Positions 13,018-24,945 of a stretch of DNA of 28,038 nt are shown piece by piece. Both the position numbers and the translations under genes were made by a program. The notes below the pieces were generated by a model, which did not search any database, was not told where the DNA came from, and was given only the letters and a program-made list of their open reading frames with translations. The DNA lies in the NCBI GenBank assembly GCA_002104945.1, contig MCFH01000138.1, forward strand, positions 1-28,038. Direction: 5' to 3'. How positions within the stretch are numbered: the first letter of the stretch is position 1; every line of letters starts with the position of its first letter. The stretch comes from Piromyces finnis finn (Eukaryota; Fungi; Neocallimastigomycota).

Positions 13018-13112
13018 TTTAGTAACATTACGAATAAATTATTGGCATTGAGAATACCATTCATTTTAGTAACATTACGAATAAATTTATTGGCATTGAG
13101 AATACCATTCAT
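13018..13112. repeat. 47/48-bp tandem duplication covering the last codons and stop of xylanase copy 1
   Basis: tttagtaacattacgaataaatt(t)attggcattgagaataccattcat at 13018-13064 and again at 13065-13112. Confidence 0.9.
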
Positions 13113-14020
13113 TCATTCTAACACATGTACCTTGTTGACAACATTTAGCTCCATTGAAACCATTACCTCCACATTGAGCCCATCTTGCTGCACAATTACC
13201 TGCATTTATTATTATATTGTGTTATTATCCAATTATTATTTTATTGTTGTTGTTGTATTGTTGTGTTATTGTTATTAGTGGCATTACTACCATTACCAAT
13301 ATATACTTTAGCATATGGGAAATCGGCTGTACACTAGTACCTGATCATTACTACCGGCTTCTCCTAATACTTTTGGCTTCATGCAATTTACCTAATGTCA
13401 TCCAAGCTTTTCCCATTGTTGGAAGTGTGCTGTAATACAATCGTACCACAATCACGAGCATTCTACGAACACTAAAGTATTGTTTGAATGTGGTATTTCC
13501 ATCAATCGATGGTCCAGTACGAGTATTTTGATAAACCGTGTATACTGCTCCATCAATAGTATAATCTCCTTTCTTGACATTACCAACCCAATCTCCTGGA
13601 CGATATGGACTAAGCCAATTGTCAACAACGTAGAATTCAACTAAAGGACTTCGACTCCAACCATAAATACCGACAAATGAATAATCAACATTTGAGATGT
13701 TTTTGTTTGACGAGTTTAAAGTCAGCATACAAATGTCCGATTTGTGAATGCGTTTTAGTACTGTCGAAAGAAAGACCAGAACGACATAAATAATCCTTTG
13801 CATTTGGAATGAGCAAGAGAAAGAACCATCAGAGTAGAAAGTAGCACTATTATTACCACTATCAGCCCATAATTCATAACCAATTCCACCAATAGAACCA
13901 ACCTTATTACTTGTTTCTCTAACACTTGTACCTGAGTGTCTAGCTTGAACTGCAGAAAACTTTGAGCAAGTGTAGTAGAAGCTAAAGATAAAACAACAGA
14001 AGCAACTTGACGAATTTCAT
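13087..14020 (-). CDS. GH11 endo-1,4-beta-xylanase with CBM1, copy 1 (indel-broken as sequenced; variant last codons)
   Basis: ATG 14020, TAA 13089-13087. Reverse complement of 16859-17803 except for many indels and the ending TCT CAA TGC CAA TAA. Confidence 0.88.
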
Positions 14021-14918
14021 TTTTAATTTTTTGATTTTTAATATATTAATATTTTATATAAAAGAAAGCTTAAGCTTATAATTTACAATTTCTAATTTCA
14101 AATGTTTGAATTATTTTAATTTTTATTTTATAATTACAATAATTATTTACAAATATTTTTTTTTTATAATTCTATAATTCTATTATAGTTTACTTATATA
14201 TTTTACAACTAAATATTATTAATTAAATTAATAATGAATAAAATAAAATAAAGAAGGAAAACTGACTCTTTTATATATATATATATTTTTTTAAATTGAT
14301 TCTTTAATGAGAGGGAAAAATAAAGGAAAAAATAAAGGATAAAAATGATTAATATTAAATTAATAAATATTAAATATTATTAATATTATATTAAATAGTT
14401 TATTCATAATTTTTAAATTAAAATAATCATAATTAAAAATATTAATTTATATTAAATATTAAAGAAAAACAATATTTAATTTTCCCTATACTTTTTATTC
14501 ATAAGTCATAAGTCATTGCTTTTGTTTTTTTATAATAATAAAATAAGAATATACAAAACTTAATTCTATATATATTAATAAATAAACAAATAAATAAATA
14601 AATAAATAATTGAATGAAGAAATGATATATTTAATTATTTAATAAAATATTTATTTTTCTATTTCATTTCATTTAAAATAATAATTAAAAATATTATTTT
14701 ATAAAATGTTATTTATATTATTTTATTTTTTGTGTACCTTGTATAAAAGTTCAAAGATAGATTTAATTTAATTATCAAATTATTTTATATTCTATATTTA
14801 AAATCATAGATTTAATAAATAGTTATATTAAATCTAAATAATATAACAAATTATATGACTTTCATCAAAGCAGTGAGTAATAACACAACATGTTTTCAAT
14901 GCATTTATTGTTAATGGC

Positions 14919-15018
14919 ATTATTATTATTATTATTATTATTATATATTATATTATTATTATTATTATATTATTATTATTATTATTATTATTATATTATT
15001 ATTATATTATATTATTAT
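14919..15018. repeat. (TAT)n/(AAT)n microsatellite in the xylanase head-to-head spacer (mirror at 22994-23110)
   Basis: About 33-39 imperfect trinucleotide units read directly. It explains the spurious low-complexity ORFs 14890-15165 and 22879-23139. Confidence 0.95.
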
Positions 15019-16858
15019 AATTATAATACTATTATTTTTAAACAAAAAAATAAAACAAATATGTATTTATCATATATTTTTTTAATTAGTAAAACTATTC
15101 ATTTTTCATTTTTATATTTATTTCGTAAAAGGAATAAAGAATTAAATAGAACCATTTTCTTTTAAAAAAAAAAAATATAAAAAATAAGTATTAATAAATA
15201 TTAAATAAACATTATTTTTATTATTATTTAAGGTTTCAATAACAAAGAATAATATCCCACATATAAAATCATTTTCAAATCAATAAAGTTTATATTTTAA
15301 TATAAATTATTTACATTTAATTTATCTTTTATATTGATAAACCTTAATAAATATTATATTTAATATTTAAAAAATATATCATAAAATTAATTAAAAATAT
15401 TAATTTTATCATAAACTTTAAAGATATATCTTTTTATTTATTATTAACAGGATTAATAAATACAATGGATATTTTATTATTATGATATTTTATTATATAT
15501 TTATTAATATAAATAATTTTGAATAAAATGAATATAAAATATGAATTGTCATCGTAGTTTTAAAGAATATATTTAAAAACTTAGTATTTTATATTTTTTT
15601 AAATAAAGTCAACATACTATTATTAAAAATAATATATTAAAATAACAATAACAAATGAAATATAATATTACTTTTTAATTTTTTTTTTTTTTTTTTTTGA
15701 ATATTAAATATGATGTTTGATAAATTATGATAACTATACAAGTTTTTAATTTTTAAGTTAACGTTTTATTAAATCAGTATTATAATGCTATCTATTTTTT
15801 CATGCTTGATGTCTATTTTTTTTATTAGTTTAAAGAATTAAAGGTAATGCTGTTTTGATAAATATTTTATTAGAATTAAAATTGAAAATAAAATTTAGTT
15901 TAGAATAATATTATAAAGAAAATTGATATTAATTTAATAAAAAATAAATATAAAATAATATATATATATTAAATAACATCTTTTATTAACATGTTGTCTG
16001 TTTTTTTTTATTTTTAAAGGCCATAATTTGTTATATTATTTAGATTTAATATAACTATTTATTAAATCTATGATTTTAAATATAGAATATAAAATAATCT
16101 GATAATTAAAATTAAATCTATCTTTGAACTTTTATACAAGGTACACAAAAAATAAAATAATATAAAATAACATTTTATAAATAATATTTTTAATATTATT
16201 TTTAAATGAAATGAAATAGAAAAATAAATATTTTATTAAATAATTAAATATATCATTTCTACATTCAATTATTTATTTATTTATTTATTTGTTTATTTAT
16301 TAATATATATAGAATTAAGTTTTGTATATTCTTATTTATTATTATAAAAAAACAAAAGCAATGACTTATGACTTATGAATAAAAAGTATAGGGAAAATTA
16401 AATATTGTTTTTCTTTAATATTTAATATAAATTAATATTTTTAATTATGATTAATTTTAATTTAAAAAATTATGAATAAACTATTTAATATAATATTTAA
16501 TAATATTTAATATTTATTAATTTTAATATTAATCATTTTTATCCTTTATTTTTTCCTTTATTTTTCCCTCTCATTAAAGAATCAATTTAAAAAAAAATAT
16601 ATATATATATAAAAAGAGTCAGTTTTCCTTCTTTATTTTATTTTATTCATTATTAATTTAATTAATAATTAGTTGTAAAATATATAAGTAAACTATAATA
16701 GAATTATAGAATTATAAAAAAAATATTTGTAAATAATTATTGTAATTATAAAATAAAAATTAAAATAATTCAAACATTTGAAATTAGAAATTGTAAATTA
16801 TAAGCTTAAGCTTTCTTTTATATAAAATATTAATATATTAAAAATCAAAAAATTAAAA

Positions 16859-17803
16859 ATGAAATTCGTCAAAGTTGCTTCTGTTGTTTTATCTTTAGCT
16901 TCTACTACACTTGCTCAAAGTTTCTGCAGTTCAGCTAGACACTCAGGTACAAGTGTTAGAGAAACAAGTAATAAGGTTGGTTCTATTGGTGGAATTGGTT
17001 ATGAATTATGGGCTGATAGTGGTAATAATAGTGCTACTTTCTACTCTGATGGTTCTTTCTCTTGCTCATTCCAAAATGCAAAGGATTATTTATGTCGTTC
17101 TGGTCTTTCTTTCGACAGTACTAAAACGCATTCACAAATCGGACATTTGTATGCTGACTTTAAACTCGTCAAACAAAACATCTCAAATGTTGATTATTCA
17201 TTTGTCGGTATTTATGGTTGGAGTCGAAGTCCTTTAGTTGAATTCTACGTTGTTGACAATTGGCTTAGTCCATATCGTCCAGGAGATTGGGTTGGTAATG
17301 TCAAGAAAGGAGATTATACTATTGATGGAGCAGTATACACGGTTTATCAAAATACTCGTACTGGACCATCGATTGATGGAAATACCACATTCAAACAATA
17401 CTTTAGTGTTCGTAAGAATGCTCGTGATTGTGGTACGATTGATATTACAGCACACTTCCAACAATGGGAAAAGCTTGGAATGACATTAGGTAAATTGCAT
17501 GAAGCCAAAGTATTAGGAGAAGCCGGTAGTAATGGATCAGGTACTAGTGGTACAGCCGATTTCCCATATGCTAAAGTATATATTGGTAATGGTAGTAATG
17601 CCACTAATAACAATAACAACAACAATAACAACAACAACAATAATAATAATAATTGGAATAATAACAACAATAATAATAATAATAATGCAGGTAATTGTGC
17701 AGCAAGATGGGCTCAATGTGGAGGTAATGGTTTCAATGGAGCTAAATGTTGTCAACAAGGTACATGTGTTAGAATGAATGAATGGTATTCCCAATGTCAA
17801 TAA
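16859..17803 (+). CDS. Secreted GH11 endo-1,4-beta-xylanase: signal peptide, GH11 domain, poly-Asn linker (17606-17686), C-terminal CBM1 (17696-17800); 314 aa, intact
   Basis: Hydrophobic leader [19 protein letters not shown]|QS. GH11 motifs [12 protein letters not shown] (nucleophile E128) and KVLGEAG (acid/base E221). CBM1 [10 protein letters not shown]...CC...C...NEWYSQC. Closely resembles Neocallimastix-type GH11 enzymes as I recall them (not searched). Confidence 0.95.
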   Translation: MKFVKVASVVLSLASTTLAQSFCSSARHSGTSVRETSNKVGSIGGIGYELWADSGNNSATFYSDGSFSCSFQNAKDYLCRSGLSFDSTKTHSQIGHLYADFKLVKQNISNVDYSFVGIYGWSRSPLVEFYVVDNWLSPYRPGDWVGNVKKGDYTIDGAVYTVYQNTRTGPSIDGNTTFKQYFSVRKNARDCGTIDITAHFQQWEKLGMTLGKLHEAKVLGEAGSNGSGTSGTADFPYAKVYIGNGSNATNNNNNNNNNNNNNNNNWNNNNNNNNNNAGNCAARWAQCGGNGFNGAKCCQQGTCVRMNEWYSQCQ

Positions 17804-20196
17804 ATTACTCTCAATGTCAATAAATTTATTTTAAATAAATTTATTTTTAAATAAATTTACTCTATAAATATGAAGAAGTTATAAAATCAAAAATTTCAAT
17901 GTAAATAGAATACATAAAAAGTAAAACATAAATTTTAACATTTTAAATGAATCTTATTAATTGTAGAATTTGAATATATTGTAAAAAATAAAAATATAAC
18001 ATTAAAAAAAGATTAGTAAATAATTTTATATATATTATGTAGATTTAATTTTTTTTCATTATATTATTAATGAAGCATTATTGTTAATAAAATATTAAAT
18101 ATTTTTAAATATATTAAATACAATGAAATAAATATAATTATTTGTAATTTTGAATTTCATTAATAAAACCTTAATTAAAATAATCTTTTATAAAAAAGAG
18201 AATATTGTTATATTTCTATAAAAATGAAATATATATGAATTTAAATTTAAACAAAAAAATAAAGTATTGTTTTAAAATAAGTGAAATATTAATTACTTGC
18301 TTTATATTAAAATTTTTATATATCAATTATAAAAATATAATATGTATTAAAATTATAATTAGTTTTTCAACAATTTTTAAAAAATCAACTATTCAAAAAG
18401 TATAATATTATTTAAATTTATTAATGTTAAAATATGGAAAATATATGTAGACAATTGAAATATATTGATATATTGTAATAGATTAAATATATAAACAATA
18501 TAGTATATTCATACAAATACAAATATATGATGATTTATTATTTGTCCTAGATTCTAGAAGGGGTATTTTCCAGCCAGGATTCTGGCCAAATAATAAATTT
18601 TGTCTGGCTAAAAAATATGTTACTTTTATTTCTATTAGCAATGTTTTAACTATAAATATTAATAAAGTTTTCATTATTTAAAAACTTAATGCTTACTAAT
18701 AAACTATGCTTCTTAGTTTCTTAAAAGGAATTTTTAAAACAAAATCTCTACTTGAATAAAAAAAAAAAAAGAAAATAAAATTTATAATGTTGTGTTACTA
18801 TTATGTTAAACCTTCCAAAAAATGAATTTATTCTTATAAGCATAAATGTGAAATTGCTTATAATTGATAATGAAAATTTTGAATTTAATATCATTCAAAA
18901 TATTTATTTATGAATAATTAGTAATTAATAGACTATTTATAATGTTTACCTACAAATAATGAATATACCTTACTCCATTCATGATTTATACATTTAGTCT
19001 TAAAAATCCTTAAATAATATTGAATGATGGCATTTTATAAAAGCCAACATTAATTAATAAATTCTAAAATATTTACTAATATATCAAAAAAATATGCTAG
19101 AATATTATAATTAATATCAACACATACCCTTAACAAACTTATTAAAGTATAATTAATAACTACTACTTAGATACAAATAAAATACTCGGAAAAGAAAGTC
19201 AAGAAAGTTTATGCTGTAGCAGTTTGTGAAAGCTAACTTAATATTTATATATACATTATATACACTTTATATTACTTAAAAAAATAGTGTAAAACTTAAA
19301 AATATCATTTTATCCAAAAATATATACAGATATTTATAAATACATTGATTATACAAATATACATATCAATATAATAAATTTCATATAATTTCAATATTTG
19401 AATTATCAATATGACATTTGGTTAATTATATGGAAATGAAACAATAAGTTTTACAATATAAAATTATAATTAGTGATTATTAAATTGATATTATAGTTTT
19501 TTTCGTAATAATGCCTCCAAAATATAAATAAATTTAATTTATAACGAATATTAGTCGAAAAGTAACTCTAATGAAAGATAATTTATTAGCTATTTAATTT
19601 CAAGAAAGTCAATAAAAATATGTTATTTAAACAATCATTTTTTATAAAAAAAATAATATTAAAAGTAATACTTGTTTGAAATATAAATATTTAATATTAA
19701 GCAAGTAATTAATATTTCACTTATTTTAAAAACAATACTTTATTTTTTTGTTTAATTTTAAATTCATATATATTTCATTTTTATAGAAATATAACAATAT
19801 TCTCTTTTTTATAAAAGATTATTTTAATTAAGGTTTATTAATGAAATTCAAAATTACAAATAATTATATTTATTTCATTGTATTTATATATTTAAAAATA
19901 TTTAATATTTTATTAACAATAATGCTTCATTAATAATATAATGAAAAAAAATTAAAATCTACATAATATATATAAAATTATTTACTAATTTTTTTTAATG
20001 TTATATTTTATTTTTACAATATATTCAAATTCTACAATTAATAAGATTCATTTAAAATGTTAAAATTTATGTTTTACTTTTTATGTATTCTATTTACATT
20101 GAAATTTTTGATTTTATAACTTCTTCATATTTATAGAGTAAATTTATTTAAAAATAAATTTATTTAAAAATAAATTTATTGACATTGAGAGTAAAT

Positions 20197-21139
20197 TTAT
20201 TGACATTGGGAATACCATTCATTCATTCTAACACATGTACCTTGTTGACAACATTTAGCTCCATTGAAACCATTACCTCCACATTGAGCCCATCTTGCTG
20301 CACAATTACCTGCATTATTATTATTATTATTGTTGTTATTATTCCAATTATTATTATTATTGTTGTTGTTGTTATTGTTGTTGTTATTGTTATTAGTGGC
20401 ATTACTACCATTACCAATATATACTTTAGCATATGGGAAATCGGCTGTACCACTAGTACCTGATCCATTACTACCGGCTTCTCCTAATACTTTGGCTTCA
20501 TGTAATTTACCTAATGTCATTCCAAGCTTTTCCCATTGTTGGAAGTGTGCTGTAATATCAATCGTACCACAATCACGAGCATTCTTACGAACACTAAAGT
20601 ATTGTTTGAATGTGGTATTTCCATCAATCGATGGTCCAGTACGAGTATTTGATAAACCGTGTATACTGCTCCATCAATAGTATAATCTCCTTTCTTGACA
20701 TTACCAACCCAATCTCCTGGACGATATGGACTAAGCCAATTGTCAACAACGTAGAATTCAACTAAAGGACTTCGACTCCAACCATAAATACCGACAAATG
20801 AATAATCAACATTTGAGATGTTTTGTTTGACGAGTTTAAAGTCAGCATACAAATGTCCGATTTGTGAATGCGTTTTAGTACTGTCGAAAGAAAGACCAGA
20901 ACGACATAAATAATCCTTTGCATTTTGGAATGAGCAAGAGAAAGAACCATCAGAGTAGAAAGTAGCACTATTATTACCACTATCAGCCCATAATTCATAA
21001 CCAATTCCACCAATAGAACCAACCTTATTACTTGTTTCTCTAACACTTGTACCTGAGTGTCTAGCTGAACTGCAGAAACTTTGAGCAAGTGTAGTAGAAG
21101 CTAAAGATAAAACAACAGAAGCAACTTGACGAATTTCAT
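20197..21139 (-). CDS. GH11-CBM1 xylanase, copy 3 (indel-broken as sequenced)
   Basis: Mirror of copy 2, including its 3' flank. ORF fragments 20517-20852 and 20197-20520. Confidence 0.9.
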
Positions 21140-22992
21140 TTTTAATTTTTTTGATTTTTAATATATTAATATTTTATATAAAAGAAAGCTTAAGCTTATA
21201 ATTTACAATTTCTAATTTCAAATGTTTGAATTATTTTAATTTTTATTTTTATAATTACAATAATTATTTACAAATATTTTTTTTTTATAATTCTATAATT
21301 CTATTATAGTTTACTTATATATTTTACAACTAATTATTAATTAAATTAATAATGAATAAAATAAAATAAAGAAGGAAAACTGACTCTTTTTATATATATA
21401 TATTTTTTTTTTAAATTGATTCTTTAATGAGAGGGAAAAATAAAGGAAAAATAAAGGATAAAAATGATTAATATTAAAATTAATAAATATTAAATATTAT
21501 TAAATATTATATTAAATAGTTTATTCATAATTTTTAAATTAAAATTAATCATAATTAAAAATATTAATTTATATTAAATATTAAAGAAAAACAATATTTA
21601 ATTTTCCCTATACTTTTTATTCATAAGTCATAAGTCATTGCTTTTGTTTTTTTTATAATAATAAAATAAGCATATACAAAACTTAATTCTATATATATTA
21701 ATAAATAAACAAATAAATAAATAAATAAATAATTGAATGTAGAAATGATATATTTAATTATTTAATAAAATATTTATTTTTCTATTTCATTTCATTTAAA
21801 AATAATAATTAAAAATATTATTTTATAAAATGTTATTTTATATTATTTTATTTTTTGTGTACCTTGTATAAAAGTTCAAAAGATAGATTTAATTTTAATT
21901 ATCAAATTATTTTATATTCTATATTTAAAATCATAGATTTAATAAATAGTTATATTAAATCTAAATAATATAACAAATTATGGCCTTTAAAAATAAAAAA
22001 AAACAGACAACATGTTAATAAAAGATGTTATTTAATATATATATATTATTTTATATTTATTTTTTTATTAAATTAATATCAATTTTCTTTATAATATTAT
22101 TCTAAACTAAATTTTATTTTCAATTTTAATTCTAATAAAATATTTATCAAAACAGCATTACCTTTAATTCTTTAAACTAATAAAAAAAATAGACATCAAG
22201 CATGAAAAATAGATAGCATTATAATACTGATTTAATAAAACGTTAACTTAAAAATTAAAAACTTGTATAGTTATCTTTATTTATCAAACATCATATTTAA
22301 TATTCAAAAAAAAAAAAAAAAAAAAAAATTAAAAAGTAATATTATATTTCATTTGTTATTGTTATTTAATATATTATTTTAATAATAGTATGTTGACTTT
22401 ATTTAAAAAATATAAAATACTAAGTTTTTAAATATATTCTTTAAAACTACGATGACAATTCATATTTTCATATTCATTTTATTCAAAATTATTTATATTA
22501 ATAAATATATAATAAAATATCATAATAATAAAAATATCCATTGTATTTATTAATCCTGTTAATAATAAATAAAAAGATATATCTTTAAGTTTATGATAAA
22601 ATTAATATTTTTAATTAATTTTATGATATATTTTTTAAATATTAAATATAATATTTATTAAGGTTTATCAATATAAAAGATAAATTAAATGTAAATAAAT
22701 TTATATTAAAATATAAACTTTATTGATTTGAAAATGATTTTATATGTGGGATATTATTCTTTGTTATTGAAACCTTAAATAATAATAAAAATAATGTTTA
22801 TTTAATATTTATTAATACTTATTTTTTATATTTTTTTTTTTTAAAAAGAAAATGGTTCTATTTAATTCTTTATTCCTTTTACGAAATAAATATAAAAATG
22901 AAAAATGAAATAGTTTTACTAATTAAAAAAATATATGATAAAATACATATTTGTTTTATTTTTTGTTTAAAAATAATAGTATTAATTATAAT

Positions 22993-23074
<82 letters not shown>

Positions 23075-24013
23075 TAATAATAATAATATAATAATAATAA
23101 TAATAATAATGCCATTAACAATAAATGCATTGAAAACATGTTGTGTTATTACTCACTGCTTTGATGAAAGTCATATAATTTGTTATATTATTTAGATTTA
23201 ATATAACTATTTATTAAATCTATGATTTTAAATATAGAATATAAAATAATTTGATAATTAAAATTAAATCTATCTTTTGAACTTTTATACAAGGTACACA
23301 AAAAATAAAATAATATAAAATAACATTTTATAAAATAATATTTTTAATTATTATTTTTAAATGAAATGAAATAGAAAAATAAATATTTTATTAAATAATT
23401 AAATATATCATTTCTTCATTCAATTATTATTTATTTATTTATTTGTTTATTTATTAATATATATAGAATTAAGTTTTGTATATTCTTATTTATTATTATA
23501 AAAAAAACAAAAGCAATGACTTATGACTTATGAATAAAAAGTATAGGGAAAATTAAATATTGTTTTTCTTTAATATTTAATATAAATTAATATTTTTAAT
23601 TATGATTAATTTTAATTTAAAAAATTATGAATAAACTATTTAATATAATATTTAATAATATTTAATATTTATTAATTTTAATATTAATCATTTTATCCTT
23701 TATTTTTTCCTTTATTTTTCCCTCTCATTAAAGAATCAATTTAAAAAAAAAATATATATATAAAAAGAGTCAGTTTTCCTTCTTTATTTTATTTTATTCA
23801 TTATTAATTTAATTAATAATATTTAGTTGTAAATATATATAAGTAAATTATAATAGAATTATAGAATTATAAAAAAAAAATATTTGTAAATAATATTGTA
23901 ATTATAAAATAAAAAATTAAAATAATTCAAACATTTGAAATTAAAATTATAAATTATAAGCTTAAGCTTTCTTTTATATAAATATTAATATATTAAAAAT
24001 CAAAAAATTAAAA

Positions 24014-24945
24014 ATGAATTCGTCAAAGTTGCTTCTGTTGTTTTATCTTTAGCTTCTACTACACTTGCTCAAAGTTTCTGCAGTTCAGCTAGACACTCAG
24101 GTACAAGTGTTAGAGAAACAAGTAATAAGGTTGGTTCTATTGGTGGAATTGGTTATGAATTATGGGCTGATAGTGGTAATAATAGTGCTACTTTCTACTC
24201 TGATGGTTCTTTCTCTTGCTCATTCCAAAATGCAAAGGATTATTTATGTCGTTCTGGTCTTTCTTTCGACAGTACTAAAACGCATTCACAAATCGGACAT
24301 TTGTATGCTGACTTTAAACTCGTCAAACAAAACATCTCAAATGTTGATTATTCATTTGTCGGTATTTTGGTTGGAGTCGAAGTCCTTTAGTTGAATTCTA
24401 CGTTGTTGACAATTGCTTAGTCCATATCGTCCAGGAGATTGGGTTGGTAATGTCAAGAAAGGAGATTATACTATTGATGGAGCAGTATACACGGTTTATC
24501 AAAATACTCGTACTGGACCATCGATTGATGGAAATACCACATTCAAACAATACTTTAGTGTTCGTAAGAATGCTCGTGATTGTGGTACGATTGATATTAC
24601 AGCACACTTCCAACAATGGGAAAAGCTTGGAATGACATTAGGTAATTGCATGAAGCCCAAAGTATTAGGAGAAGCCGTAGTAATGGATCAGGTACTAGTG
24701 GTACAGCCGATTCCCATATGCTAAAGTATATATTGGTAATGGTAGTAATGCCACTAATAACAATAACAACAACAATAACAACATAATAACAATAATTGGA
24801 ATAATAACAACAACAATATAATAATAATGCAGGTAATTGTGCAGCAAGATGGGCTCAATGTGGAGGTAATGGTTTCAATGGAGCTAAATGTTGTCAACAA
24901 GGTACATGTGTTAGAATGAATGAATGGTATTCCCAATGTCAATAA
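24014..24945 (+). CDS. GH11-CBM1 xylanase, copy 4 (indel-broken as sequenced)
   Basis: ATG 24014, TAA 24943-24945. Same sequence as copy 2 with private indels; the fragment 24413-24724 is in the ORF track. Confidence 0.9.

Larger units (their letters stand above)
13100..24932. repeat. Second large palindrome containing the four xylanase copies; central unique spacer ~18322-19680
   Basis: Order is X1(-), U', S, U, X2(+), D, T, D', X3(-), U', S', U, X4(+). U is ~835 bp of shared upstream, S is 14855-16022 (inverted at 21982-23174) and D is ~500 bp of shared downstream. Confidence 0.92.

Noticed and set aside
14890-15165. 91-aa Leu/Tyr/Ile-rich ORF (and mirror 22879-23139)
   Set aside because: Translation of an (AAT)n microsatellite. 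The two mirror copies give different proteins, with no coding signal.
18606-18612. GGCTAAA as an XlnR xylanase-regulator site
   Set aside because: XlnR is an ascomycete regulator not expected in this lineage. The site is single and lies downstream of the xylanase.
18205-18674. ORFs 18205-18405 and 18483-18674
   Set aside because: Short, AT-rich, TTG/TTA-type starts, no recognisable motif. The first crosses a fold-back junction.
1-24932. Large inverted repeats as transposon terminal inverted repeats or a composite transposon
   Set aside because: No transposase or RT ORF, no target-site duplications, and the arms consist of whole host genes ending at homeologous junctions.
13087-24945. Xylanase copies 1, 3 and 4 as pseudogenes
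   Set aside because: Same error profile, including a strand-specific shared deletion. Copy 2 is intact and no nonsense substitutions are shared.
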